From NCBI GenBank assembly GCA_032718475.1, contig JAUCBJ010006846.1, forward strand, positions 1 to 64,000: a stretch of DNA of 64,000 nt, in the 5' to 3' direction. Position 1 is the stretch's first letter. Each line of letters begins with the position of its first letter. The stretch comes from Nemertoderma westbladi. Taxonomy: Eukaryota; Animalia; Xenacoelomorpha. The translations under genes and the position numbers were made by a program. The notes under the pieces are model-generated. The model saw nothing but the letters and a program-made list of their open reading frames with translations. It searched no databases and had not been told where the DNA came from. This document shows positions 1-12,500 of this stretch, one piece after another.

Positions 1-3000
1 TACAACCCAACCTATATAGGTTCATACAACCCAACCTATAGGTTTATACAACCCAACCTATAGGTTTATACAACCCAACCTATAGGTTTATACAACCCAA
101 CCTATAGGTTTATACAACCCAACCTATAGGTTCATACAACCCAACCTATAGGTTTATACAACCTATAGGTTCATACAACCCAATCTATAGGTTCATACAA
201 CCCAACCTATAGGTTCATACAACCCAACCTATAGGTTCATACAACCCAACCTATAGGTTCATACAACCCAACCTATAGGTTTATTTATACAACCCAATCT
301 ATAGGTTCATACAACCCAACCCATAGGTTCATACAACCCAACCTATAGGTTTATACAACCCAACCTATAGGTTCATACAACCCAACCTATAGGTTTATTT
401 ATACAACCCAACCTATAGGTTCATACAACCCAACCTATAGGTTCATACAACCCAACCTATAGGTTCATACAACCCAACCTATAGGTTTATTTATACAACC
501 CAATCTATAGGTTCATACAACCCAAGCCATAGGTTCATACAAGCCAACCTATAGGTTTATACAACCTATAGGTTCATACAACCCAATCTATAGGTTCATA
601 CAACACAACCTATAGGTTTATACAACGCAACCTATAGGTTCATACAACCCAACCTATAGGTTTATACAACCCAACATATAGGTTCATACAACCCAACATA
701 TAGGTTCATACAACCCAACCTATAGGTTTATACAACCCAACCTATAGGTTTATACAACCCAACCTATAGGTTCATACAACCCAACCTATAGGTTTATACA
801 ACCTATAGGTTCATACAACCTATAGGTTCATACAACCCAATCTATAGGTTCATACAACCCAACCTATAGGTTTATACAACGCAACCTATAGGTTCATACA
901 ACCCAACCTATAGGCTCATACAACCCTACCTATAGGTTCATACAACCCAACCTATAGGTTCATACAACCCAACCTATAGGTTTATACAACCCAACCTATA
1001 GGTTCATACAACCCAAACTATAGGTTTATACAACCCAATCTATAGGTTCATACAACCCAACCCATAGGTTCATACAACCCAACCTATAGGTTCATACAAC
1101 CCAACCTATAGGTTTATTTATACAACCCAACCTATAGGTTCATACAACCCAACCTATATAGGTTCATACAACCCAACCTATAGGTTCATACAACCCAACC
1201 TATAGGTTTATTTATACAACCCAACCTATAGGTTCATACAACTCAACCTATAGGCTCATACAACCCTACCTATAGGTTCATACAACCCTACCTATAGGTT
1301 CATACAACCCAACCTATAGGTTCATACAACCCAACCTATAGGCTCATACAACCCTACCTATAGGTTCATACAACCCAACCTATAGGTTTATTTATACAAC
1401 CCAACCTATAGGTTCATACAACCCAACCTATATAGGTTCATACAACCCAACCTATAGGTTCATACAACCCAACCTATAGGTTTATTTATACAACCCAACC
1501 TATAGGTTCATACAACCCAACCTATAGGTTCATACAACCCAACCTATATAGGTTCATACAACCCAACCTATAGGTTTATTTATACAACCCAACCTATAGG
1601 TTCATACAACCCAACCTATAGGCTCATACAACCCTACCTATAGGTTCATACAACCCAACCTATAGGTTTATTTATACAACCCAACCTATAGATTCATACA
1701 ACCCAACCTATATAGGTTCATACAACCCAACCTATAGGTTCATACAACCCAACCTATAGGTTTATTTATACAACCCAACCTATAGGTTCATACAACCCAA
1801 CCTATAGGTTCATACAACCCAACCTATATAGGTTCATACAACCCAACCTATAGGTTCATACAACCCAACCTATAGGTTCATACAACCCAACCTATAGGTT
1901 TATTTATACAACCCAACCTATAGGTTCATACAACCCAACCTATAGGCTCATACAACCCTACCTATAGGTTCATACAACCCAACCTATAGGTTTATTTATA
2001 CAACCCAACCTATAGGTTCATACAACCCAACCTATATAGGTTCATACAACCCAACCTATAGGTTCATACAACCCAACCTATAGGTTTATTTATACAACCC
2101 AACCTATAGGTTCATACAACCCAACCTATAGGTTCATACAACCCAACCTATATAGGTTCATACAACCCAACCTATAGGTTCATACAACCCAACCTATAGG
2201 TTTATTTATACAACCCAACCTATAGGTTCATACAACCCAACCTATAGGCTCATACAACCCTACCTATAGGTTCATACAACCCAACCTATAGGTTCATACA
2301 ACCCAACCTATAGGTTTATTTATACAACCCAACCTATAGGTTCATACAACCCAACCTATAGGTTCATACAACCCAACCTAAAGGTTCATACAACCCAACC
2401 TATAGGTTTATACAACCCAATCTATAGGTTCATACAACCCAACCCATAGGTTCATACAACCCAACCTATAGGTTCATACAACCCAACCTATAGGTTTATT
2501 TATACAACCCAACCTATAGGTTCATACAACTCAACCTATAGGCTCATACAACCCTACCTATAGGTTCATACAACCCTACCTATAGGTTCATACAACCCAA
2601 CCTATAGGTTCATACAACCCAACCTATAGGCTCATACAACCCTACCTATAGGTTCATACAACCCAACCTATAGGTTTATTTATACAACCCAACCTATAGG
2701 TTCATACAACCCAACCTATATAGGTTCATACAACCCAACCTATAGGTTCATACAACCCAACCTATAGGTTTATTTATACAACCCAACCTATAGGTTCATA
2801 CAACCCAACCTATAGGTTCATACAACCCAACCTATATAGGTTCATACAACCCAACCTATAGGTTTATTTATACAACCCAACCTATAGGTTCATACAACCC
2901 AACCTATAGGCTCATACAACCCTACATATAGGTTCATACAACCCAACCTATAGGTTTATTTATACAACCCAACCTATAGATTCATACAACCCAACCTATA

Positions 3001-4340
3001 TAGGTTCATACAACCCAACCTATAGGTTCATACAACCCAACCTATAGGTTTATTTATACAACCCAACCTATAGGTTCATACAACCCAACCTATAGGTTCA
3101 TACAACCCAACCTATATAGGTTCATACAACCCAACCTATAGGTTCATACAACCCAACCTATAGGTTCATACAACCCAACCTATAGGTTTATTTATACAAC
3201 CCAACCTATAGGTTCATACAACCAACCTATAGGCTCATACAACCCTACCTATAGGTTCATACAACCCAACCTATAGGTTTATTTATACAACCCAACCTAT
3301 AGGTTCATACAACCCAACCTATATAGGTTCATACAACCCAACCTATAGGTTCATACAACCCAACCTATAGGTTTATTTATACAACCCAACCTATAGGTTC
3401 ATACAACCCAACCTATAGGTTCATACAACCCAACCTATATAGGTTCATACAACCCAACCTATAGGTTCATACAACCCAACCTATAGGTTTATTTATACAA
3501 CCCAACCTATAGGTTCATACAACCCAACCTATAGGCTCATACAACCCTACCTATAGGTTCATACAACCCAACCTATAGGTTCATACAACCCAACCTATAG
3601 GTTTATTTATACAACCCAACCTATAGGTTCATACAACCCAACCTATAGGTTCATACAACCCAACCTAAAGGTTCATACAACCCAACCTATAGGTTTATAC
3701 AACCCAATCTATAGGTTCATACAACCCAACCCATAGGTTCATACAACCCAACCTATAGGTTCATACAACCCAACCTATAGGTTTATTTATACAACCCAAC
3801 CTATAGGTTCATACAACCCAACCTATATAGGTTCATACAACCCAACCTATAGGTTCATACAACCCAACCGATAGGTTCATACAACCCAACCTATAGGTTT
3901 ATTTATACAACCCAACCTATAGGTTCATACAACCCAACATATAGGTTCATACAACCCAACCTATAGGTTTATACAACCCAACCTATAGGTTCATACAACC
4001 CAACCTATAGGTTTATTTATACAACCCAACCTATAGGTTCATACAACCCATAGGTTCATACAACCCAACCTATAGGTTTATACAACCCATAGGTTCATAC
4101 AACCCAACCTATAGGTTTATACAACCCAACCTATAGGTTCATACAACCCAACCTATAGGTTCATACAACCCAACCCATAGGTTCATACAACCCAATCTAT
4201 AGGTTCATACAACCCAACCTATAGGTCCATACAACCCAACCTATAGGTTCATACAACCCAACCTATAGGTTCATACAACCCAACCTATAGGTTCATACAA
4301 CCTATAGGTTCATACAACCTATAGGTTCATACAACCTATA
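1..4340. repeat. 22-bp tandem satellite, consensus TACAACCCAACCTATAGGTTCA, with internal 12-bp palindrome AACCTATAGGTT; runs off the left edge
   Basis: Roughly 190 units are read directly. Recurrent variants are +TTTA (26 bp), +TA (24 bp), GGCTCA/CCCTAC and a 17-bp truncated unit. Confidence 0.98.
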
Positions 4341-4344
4341 TGTA

Positions 4345-5954
4345 TCAGCTGGTATAGAAGACAGACTGCATATCTTCGGGAAGAGTTCCTATAACTGAGT
4401 CCACCTGTAACTCCAACTGACTGATTAACTCAGGGCGAGTCTCCAACTTACTCAACCTAATCTTCTTCAACTTCTCCCGGAACTTGAGTATTAGATCGAC
4501 GACCTCGACCTCCCGCTTGCCTTCCTCCCGCACCCAGGCCTCCAGGTTGGCCTCCACGATCGCCTCCAGATGCATCTCCTGGAGTTTGTGGTTGATTTCG
4601 GCGCGACGCCGCTCCAACCAGATCCCGAAGGTCGGCGAGTCGAAGAACCTCCGGTAGAGGCCGACCCAGTCGCCGCGGACGGGGGCGGTCAGCTCGGGGC
4701 CCGTCTGGGCGACGGAACGCAGGAAGTCCGAGTGGCGGAACTCGGCGAGACGCGGGGACTGTCGGAACGGCGAGATGGAACGCTGCAACGGCATCAGGGT
4801 CGCTAGGTAGCGTTCCAACGGGATAATGAAACTGTTTGTAAGTTCGCAAAGATGTTTGCGAAGCATCGCGTTCTGCGCTTCTAGCGGCCGTTGGTTCTCC
4901 ACACCACGTTCTATCCACTGTTGCATCAACTTATTGGGCTTTAGGAAGGGTTTATAGTTGGAATAAAGCCCCGGTTTACTCCCATTCCAGCCCCCCAACT
5001 TACCCGAGAAAAGACGGTCTGATTTTTTTAATTTTATATTTTTATAGCCGATTGTTTTCTTCCCGGAATCCTCAGGATCTTCCGGGATTCGGATAACGTG
5101 CGGCCAGTGGCGGAGGGCTTTGGAGAAGAATGGGTTGGTCAGCCCGAGGATGACGGGGGGGAGTGTAGCTGGCTCGGGGAGTACGTAGTCCTTAAACTCG
5201 GGGTCGTGGATCGTGAAATAGGGGCGGAAGTCGCCGGGGTATCGGAGCGGGGCGACCATGGAGACGAGAGCGATAACGGTGGGGGAGGCGACCGAAGGGG
5301 AGGGAGCGAGCACAGCGAGGGGTTCCCCGAGGAGTACCAGCTCCCAGAGGTGGTGGACGGCGGGGAGGAGGGGGAGCAGCCAGCGGAGGAGGTGGACGTC
5401 GCCCGGGGAGGGGAGGACGTGGGGGCGGGGGAGGGACAGGGGGGCCCCCACCCGGGGGGAGCGGTCCGCCGCGGGGGACATGTGCAGTTGGATGATGCCG
5501 CCCATCAGGGGGAGTTGGTGTACGGCGGCTGAGTCCGGGGACGGCCATCCGTCGATGTCCTGCGAGATGGACTCGAGAACGGAGGGACCGAGTTCGAAGT
5601 ATCGCGGGGCGAATTCTGAGACGAGATGACCCAGCAGGGAGTAGAAGGGGAGGCTGGAGAGCAGGACTACGGATTTCTGGAAGTATCCGCGACGCATTGA
5701 GGAGTCTTTAACCTGTCGGAAGTAGACGAATCCGTAGTAGAAGGAGTCGTCCGCGAGATGGGTGGCGGTGGCGGCGAGATGTCGTACGCAGGAGGAGCGA
5801 TGCCGGGAGACCGGACAACGACGGATACGGAACACGAACTGAGTGTCGCCCATACAGCCGCTGTTGGAGTCCGGGAAGGAGAGATAGCAGACGCTGATTT
5901 TCTCTCGGTCAGTCAGCTGGGCGTGCCCCGGGTATATAGTCTCTATCGCCTGGC
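4345..5954 (-). CDS. DENND6: DENN domain-containing protein 6 (FAM116 family, Rab14 GEF in mammals), exon 2 (last coding exon)
   Basis: Family motifs are CYLSFPDSNSGCMGDTQF, YGFVYFRQVKD..MRRGYFQKSVVLLS, LWELVLLGEPL, DFRPYFTIHD, LGLTNPFF, ELTNSFIIPLERY, GDWVGLYRRFF and EVEVVDLILK. The acceptor ...tactcacag|GC CAG GCG puts the exon start at 5954. The TGA stop is at 4345-4347. The first ~11 aa of the ORF-track protein are intronic. Confidence 0.95.
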
Positions 5955-6449
5955 CTGTGAGTAATATACAATTCGAAATTAAGTACAAAAATTAGTTTAG
6001 AGATAAATATGTGAATATGCGACAGCGACATATGGACTTAGACATGTAGTCGTAATCACGTTCACGCAGTCGTAATTCTGGTCTTCAATAGAGGGGCTCT
6101 TTCCTGTTTCAGGGGCACTGAATTTTTATCAACTGCAGTATTACTGTCAACAGTTATTTATTGTTCCGGTTCACCAGTATTGGTATACAGGTGTATAAAC
6201 ACAACCTGACACCTGGCAACAGTTTCCACCAGTCCATTAGATGTAGTCTCAGACCACACACTGACAGACTCATGTTGGCTGCAGTAGCAGTACCTGTAAT
6301 AACTACTTGCGGGTATTGTTACTTTGGGGACCGTCAGACCGTCCCTTAAAACATTTATCTGCTTATATATATATTTATTTACCTTTCTTCTTTATTTATA
6401 TATATATATCTTTTTACAATTTTTTTCATTAACATTTTTTCTCAATTAG

Positions 6450-6777
6450 CAAAGTGATCGTTTATTGTTTTGGTTAGAAAAGCCCGCATCTGTAACCTGC
6501 TCCTTTCCCTCAATTGGTAAAGTGGCTGTTTATTGTTTTGGGGTTTGGTAAAGTGATCGTTTATTGTTTTGGTAAGAAAAGCCCGCCTCTGCAACCTGCT
6601 CCTTTCCCTCAATTGGTAAAGTGGCTGTTTATTGTTCTGGGGTTTGGTAAAGTGATCGTTTATTGTTTTGGTTAGAAAAGCCCGCCTCTGCAACCTGCTC
6701 CTTTACCACAATTGGTAAAGTGGCCGTTTATTGTTTTGGTTAGAAAAGCCTGCATATGTAACCTGCTCCTTTCCCTA
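6450..6777 (-). repeat. 99-bp tandem repeat (about 3.3 copies) derived from the end of a TAGGGAAAGG-terminated dispersed element
   Basis: The unit aagtgatcgtttattgttttgg...acctgctcctttccc recurs at ~6452, 6551 and 6650 and ends in ctcctttcccta. Its reverse complement resembles 36681-36735. Confidence 0.85.
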
Positions 6778-7321
6778 AAAAAAAATGGTTGAAATTAATT
6801 TGCATGCTTTGTAGGCATATTGTTTAATACTTGTAGGCCTACCGGAATTTATATTTTATTATATTCAGATTATGCTGTTATGTATAATAAAAATATTGAT
6901 TGGGAAAACCGTGTTTATCTAAAATCTTTACAATTTTTGGGAAAATTTTTCCCGTATTTTTCCCGCTATTTCCCCGAGGTGACCGGGAAATTTGTGAAAA
7001 ATATCAGAGTCTTTTCATACATAGCGGTACGATGCAGTAGGCCTACGGGGTAATGAACATTCGAAAACAAATTTTGAATAGGTTCAAGATTGTGAAAAAA
7101 AATTCCCGTATTTTTTCCCGGTGTTTTCCCGAGGAAACCGGGAAATTTGAGAAAAAAATATCAGAGTCTTTTCATATATAGACAATGTGGAGATGAATAT
7201 GAGAAAAATTTTCTAAGTGTTTTCCCACCAGACAAGTGTTTTAGACACATGCATTTTCTAGCGTTTCAGTGCCCCCCAAACCGGAAATTTCAAATAGAGG
7301 AGAGACTAAAGTCAATTTTTT

Positions 7322-8356
7322 TTAATTAGGCAGCAGAATATTTTTGGCCCTAACTTCGAGAGTTTTGATAGTAGGGAGGTGATTTTGTACTCATTCTGTT
7401 CGGAATATAACGCTTTTATTCAAATCCATTTACAATTTTATAATTTTGTTATGTTTTCTCATCCAAAAACGTTGTGAAAAAAACTCCATTTTAAAAATTG
7501 TGTTACGACATTCGATATTTTGCACTCTAATAGAGCAATAATTGCTGGTTTCAAACATATATGGGTTTAGAAGTTTTGATTTAGCTGCCGTTAAATAAAC
7601 GAATTTCCTTTCAACAATATGGTTAGCTATGGTGGAAAGTTTCCATAGCAACAGACAAACTACAGAATTAATTGTTGATCTGCCTCTTTAAGTTGCATTC
7701 TTTTGGGATGTTTAAACGAACATACAGTAGATAGAGATACCGTACAGTTGTAAATAGTCTGTGGCTGTAAAGAATCTAAATACATATCAAAATAACGCGA
7801 TAAGAAAATGATAAGAACTTATATTTTGTAATAATATCTGTTACCTAACGTACTCATTATATAATGAATGACATCGATCAAAAGTATCTCTAACCACAAT
7901 CGTCCGTCCTGCTGCCACAAATGGAATAGGCTTCCTTGGAAATATTACAAATAAACATCTGTTATACTTATAATTATACCACGCCTTACTAAATATTAAA
8001 CGATTCGTACAGTCCTAAAATAATTACAGGAAAACAACGAATTTGATATATAATTATTGCAATGCTGCGAAATAAAAACCCTTAATATATTTTTGAAATC
8101 AGCAATTACTGATCTATCAGTCTATTACCAATTACAGCGCAAAATCTCGAATGTTGGAACTTTATTTATTATATTTATATTATATTATATTTAAAAAGTT
8201 GTATTTTTTTGACAGCGTTTTTTAATGAGAAGACATTATAAAATTGGAAGTGGATTTGAATAAAATATTTATATTCCGAACAGAATGAGCCCAAAATCAG
8301 CTCACTACGATCAAAACTCGCGAAGTTATGGCCAAGAATAAGCTGCTGCCTAATTG
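7322..8356. mobile_element. Diverged inverted-repeat (foldback/MITE-like) structure with arms of about 300 bp
   Basis: 7322-~7615 is the reverse complement of ~8025-8356. Examples are ctcattctgttcggaatata / tatattccgaacagaatgag, attaggcagcag / ctgctgcctaat and ttattcaaatcca / tggatttgaataa. Confidence 0.7.
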
Positions 8357-8829
8357 AAAAAATGTACTTTAATTCCAGATGCATGAAGAAAACGTTTGGT
8401 TTGAATTAAAGGTTCCACTCCTGACTGCCTAGAGCCTAGAGACACCTAATAGACATACAGTAAATAAATGGTGAGGTCGGCGTTTATTTTTACACTAAAT
8501 TTGCAAAGGTAGGCCTAGTTCTGTATTTGATTTTAAAAACCGACCAAAGCCATTTCAATTCAATAAACCTACATTACATATCATAAGCCTACTTTTTTTA
8601 TTATATTGAATATTTTAAGAATAAAATAGTACCTTATAGTAACTTATACCTAATAGTAACTTATATTATTTTATATTATTATAACCGGTATCAGCCAATC
8701 AATGAAAGTTGTAATTATTTGATTTTAGTGTGCTTGTGCATCCGTGGATGTCGGGTCGGTGTGTTTTTCGGATAGGGGTACATTCTATGCAATCAAAATT
8801 CATCTCCCTCCAGCTGTCCAGCCCACACT

Positions 8830-8982
8830 CAGGGGAAAATCGACGCAAACAACAGCTGATTACTCCTAAAAATAAAACTGTAACCTTTTCTATTGGCTTT
8901 CGTTCATTGTTTTAGTTAGAATAACGTCAGAACGTGCCACTGTAAGCTCGTAAGCATAAGTCAGTAAGTTGTCCTTTCCCTA
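8830..8982 (-). mobile_element. Terminal fragment of the TAGGGAAAGG dispersed element family
   Basis: The reverse complement tagggaaagg...aaaacaatgaacg...tttttaggagtaatcagctgttgtttgcgtcgattttcccc aligns by eye with 36681-36805. Confidence 0.65.
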
Positions 8983-9344
8983 CCTGCCTACTGCCCTACA
9001 TTCTGACATTCAGACATTCTGAAATTGATAAGTTAACATTCTGACATTGGGACAAAATAATATTTTGCCGAGATGGAATTTGCGTCAGATTTCCCCCTCG
9101 CTTCTCCATTTTTCCAAAAAACCTAGGTGCTAAAAAACATAGTTTGCAAACTCTGAACCATTCGCGCAGGTACGGATCAACGGATGTACGGGTCCGAGTT
9201 TTGAGTTTGGCAGTGCGCACGACTTTGAACAGTTGAATCCAACATCGAACATGGGACCTACCGCCTGACCGCCTACCGGTCAGCCGGTACAGTACGGCGG
9301 TACCTAACTGTTGACTGACCGAACCATTAACTCTTTTCACTCAC

Positions 9345-9552
9345 CCAACTCGATGTCAAAGGTGATAATACAAATACAATGAACCCATCGATCAAATCGG
9401 TCCCAAGGTAGAACTGCCGCCGATCGGATTCGATACTCATCCATACTGCTCGACGTACTTCCGTTACTTGTCTGACTTGGTTTCCGCAATCTCGGTGTTC
9501 CCATTTTCTTGTTGGGGCTCGGAGACGGAGGCGAAAGTGTGTCCCCTTCCAT
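9345..9552 (-). CDS. DENND6: DENND6 exon 1 (N-terminus)
   Basis: It encodes MEGDTLSPPS...LPWDRFDRWVHCICIITFDIELG, matching the conserved DENND6 N-terminal LPWDRF..W.HC.C...FD.ELGQ. The donor TTG G|GTGAGT at 9345/9344 is phase 1 and joins GC at 5954 to give ELGQAIE. The start ATG at 9552 is inferred; an alternative is at 9444. Confidence 0.88.
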
Positions 9553-10084
9553 TGACTGACTGACAGATATCTGTACACTGTCTGACTGTAGATCCTGTGA
9601 TCTACCCTCACAGCCTGTTGGTTGTCGGGAAATCACCGTCAGACTGTCAGAGCGTCAGGTCAGACCGTCAGTAACAGTACTGCAGTACAGCAGTAAGATG
9701 ATGGAGTCCAGTACTGCAGTAGGCCTACCAGTCTGCAGTCAGCCGGTATTGATGCTGTGATGGTGTAAGCACCAAGCTACACGCAGCCAGGCTACGCTAA
9801 ACAGTGAACAGTCAGACAGTCTCAGCGTAAAATAGAAAATGGTGAATGGTCAATTGCATCAAGAGCGGGAACTGAAACTGACCATGTGCCTGTCGGAATA
9901 TTTCCTGTCATTTGGTATATATCGAAGTTTGGGCCCATTTGATGACATATCCGATTTGCGAACTGAGTTGAAATTCGAAAAAAAAAATTCGTTGATATTG
10001 AATGGTACAGGTAGACAGGTACAAAGCATGATGAGGTTAAAATTTGATCTCAAAGACAATATATGTATAAATTGTAAAATTGAG

Positions 10085-10277
10085 TAGACCCCCCTTGCAA
10101 ATTTTTTCATTTTTGTTTTTCTAATTGAGAAGTACTATAAAGTACCCGGTAATAAAATAAAAGTCACAAAATTTCTAGATAAAATATCAATGCAGCATTG
10201 TGTGATAAAATTTTGTAAGTTTAAACAGTTAAATCTCCGATGGGTCAAAATGACCTCAAAGAGAGCACAAGGGTTAA
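10085..10277. mobile_element. Probable piggyBac-like MITE right end
   Basis: It ends ...gggtcaaaatgacc...gcacaAGGG TTAA, an AGGG terminus followed by a TTAA target. No matching left end was found. Confidence 0.35.
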
Positions 10278-10524
10278 GGCTGTAAGGGTTTTAGATCAGT
10301 CATAAATGCACTCAAAGGCTGAAGGCGGCCAAATGTACAGTTACAGTAGTAACACGTATAAGTTAATAATTCGGGGCATTTAAAGCAAGGTGTACAAAAT
10401 TTTACTGGGCCTCGCCTAAGTCTGTAAGTATGTAGCACACCGCACACACTTTCTCGGTATTCTGAGGAGCTGGCGAAGATTTAAATAATAATAAACAGAT
10501 AAATGTATTAAAATACTCTTTTAT

Positions 10525-11128
10525 TAATTAGGAGCCCGCTTGACAGCGGGATACTTACTGTAAGAATCTCAGGGATACTTTCTGTAAAAATCTCAGGATA
10601 CATTACACTGACTGACATACTGACTGACATACTGACTGATAATTATCTAGGTTAAGGCACTTCCTGCCTGGCGATTTTGATGAAATTTTGCAAGTACATT
10701 GCTTTGGTGGTTCATAATCGCGTTACAAAATTTCAGATCGATTCTATGTGTGGTATTCGATATATTTAGTTTTTTTGACATTGTTTTGTCGCGAAATTAA
10801 AAGCAATGGCAAAATAACAGCTGGTGTTCATGATGAAATATGGCTTAATATGTTATACACAGTCATAGAAAAACGTGTTGGTTGCCAAGTTACATAAGCT
10901 GTTGGTTTCTAATGTATTACCCCATAAGCTGATTGCTCTCCCAGTGCTTCCTAAGGGTATATCTACAATAAGGTTACCCACTATGTTGAGGGGTGGATCA
11001 GGATAATTATTAATTTTAGTTACACAAAGCAGTGTGTTGTGTCCTATTGCAGTCGATACTCACTGTGGATTGTAAAATGTTTTGTCTGGGAAGAGATATT
11101 CCCGCTTGACGACGGGGTAATACCTATA
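10525..11128 (+). mobile_element. Non-autonomous element, probably DINE/HINE-like
   Basis: A cccgcttgac..cggg hairpin motif occurs near both ends (10535, 11101). A (tgac/atac)n microsatellite follows the 5' end, then a gcgattttgatgaaattttg block. Confidence 0.45.
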
Positions 11129-11849
11129 GAAGGAAACTAAATTTGTTATTTGGCTCTATTCGTTGTTATTTATCTGGTTGTGCACCATGGGCATTTTTTA
11201 TAAATATTCGGTAATCGTATCTTATATCTTGTAAACATGCTTGATAATGAAATTATTTGCTTCATATTATATTTTTGTTAGTGGTAGCTAAGTTGCATTT
11301 TTTATTATGTGGGGCGAGCCACAAAGTCAGCTAGCCTCACGCCTTGCAGTTTAGACAATTTTAGTTTACTTACTGCTGACTGACAGTTCTTTGTAATAGT
11401 CTTGGCTAGGATTTTTCCCCCGGGCTCCTTCCAGCCAGCTTGCTGGCTTTCTAGTCTATAACATAGAAATTGAAATAAAAAGAAGAACATTACCCGCAGG
11501 AACACAGGAACACTCGGGCAAAAATTAATAATTGCATTAGAAAGAATCTTTACTGGTTGAATCATTCAATTCAGTAACGAATTTATAGGTCAGTAGGTTG
11601 GTAATAGCGCGGTACGGGTTGGTAGCTCCCTGTTGCCGGTATGTGGGTATGGCATATGGGTCGGTACAACTCTGTATTATATATGCCGATGCTTCTCTAA
11701 TACTACAGTACATGCATGTCGTTATGGCCCTGTATTGCGTATGCGTAGGCTACGCGTAGGCTACACCTACGTGGAAAAGTCAAACCCCTAATTTCAGCAT
11801 TCCGTTCGCTGCATGACCTATTTATTTAGTAGGCCTACACCTTATGATT

Positions 11850-12500
11850 AAAGCCAGCCCTCCCACACTTGCAGTTTGTGCAATTACACTTTTTACATGC
11901 GCATAGGCCTACTGTATAGGCCTAATGAGTTTGTGACACATCGTTGCAGCGTCTGGCAGTGACCTCCAGTCTGGAGGTCACTGCCAGACGCTGCAACGAT
12001 GTGTCACAAACTCATTAGGCCTATACAGTAGTCTGGAGGCTCCAGACCGGATTCCATTGAGTATTAAATACGCAACCTAATTCTGCTGGTGAAGGTAGTT
12101 TCAGTTTGTCCTGAGTGCAGACTGCCCAAACACTAGCTTGATATACAGCTCGCATCACATGTTTGGTAAGGGCGTTTTGAGTTGACGGCAGGCGATCAAT
12201 CACGCAGTTTCGTTTGGTGAATAGAGGTCCTTATTGTTAGTTATTATTAATATTGTTATGATATTTATACGCGTACTGTTTGATTTTTTGTCATACTGTA
12301 CATACGCACTGTATGACAAATTGCTCCAACATTTTGAATTACACACTTTCGATTCGGTTTGGTAAGGGATTACGTAGATGATTGTCCTTGAAGGTACAGT
12401 AGATGTGATTTCTGCCATGGCCAACCATGTTTTCCAGGCAGTTATATTACAAATATTCTTGAAGAGGGACACGGTGTCGCAGGAGCATGATGATTGACCA
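11850..12500 (-). pseudogene. Degraded fragment of a transposon-like nuclease/CXC-domain ORF common in invertebrate genomes
   Basis: Three frameshifted pieces occur in the expected order: SCDTVSLFKNICNITAWKTW (GCDT.S.F...GK..AW-like), LPSTQNALTKHVMRAVYQASVW...LPSPAELG, and CACKKCNCTNCKCGRAG. The superfamily could not be determined. Confidence 0.6.
11909..12031. repeat. Perfect palindrome with 61-bp arms and a 1-nt spacer (centre 11970)
   Basis: ctactgtataggcctaatgagtttgtgacacatcg...gacctccag T ctggaggtc...cgatgtgtcacaaactcattaggcctatacagtag. Confidence 0.95.

Larger units (their letters stand above)
5955..9344 (-). other. Single 3390-bp GT-AG phase-1 intron of DENND6
   Basis: The GTGAGT donor and CAG acceptor restore the reading frame and a conserved motif across the junction. 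Confidence 0.88.

Noticed and set aside
4457-5964. Overlapping ORFs on other frames and strands of DENND6 exon 2
   Set aside because: They are shadow ORFs caused by high GC content and show no recognisable domains.
5955-5988. N-terminus MYLISNCILLT of the 547-aa ORF
   Set aside because: It is intronic; the real N-terminus is spliced from 9345-9552.
6442-6693. 83-aa repeat ORF in the DENND6 intron
   Set aside because: It is a by-product of the 99-bp tandem repeat, with no splice or homology support.
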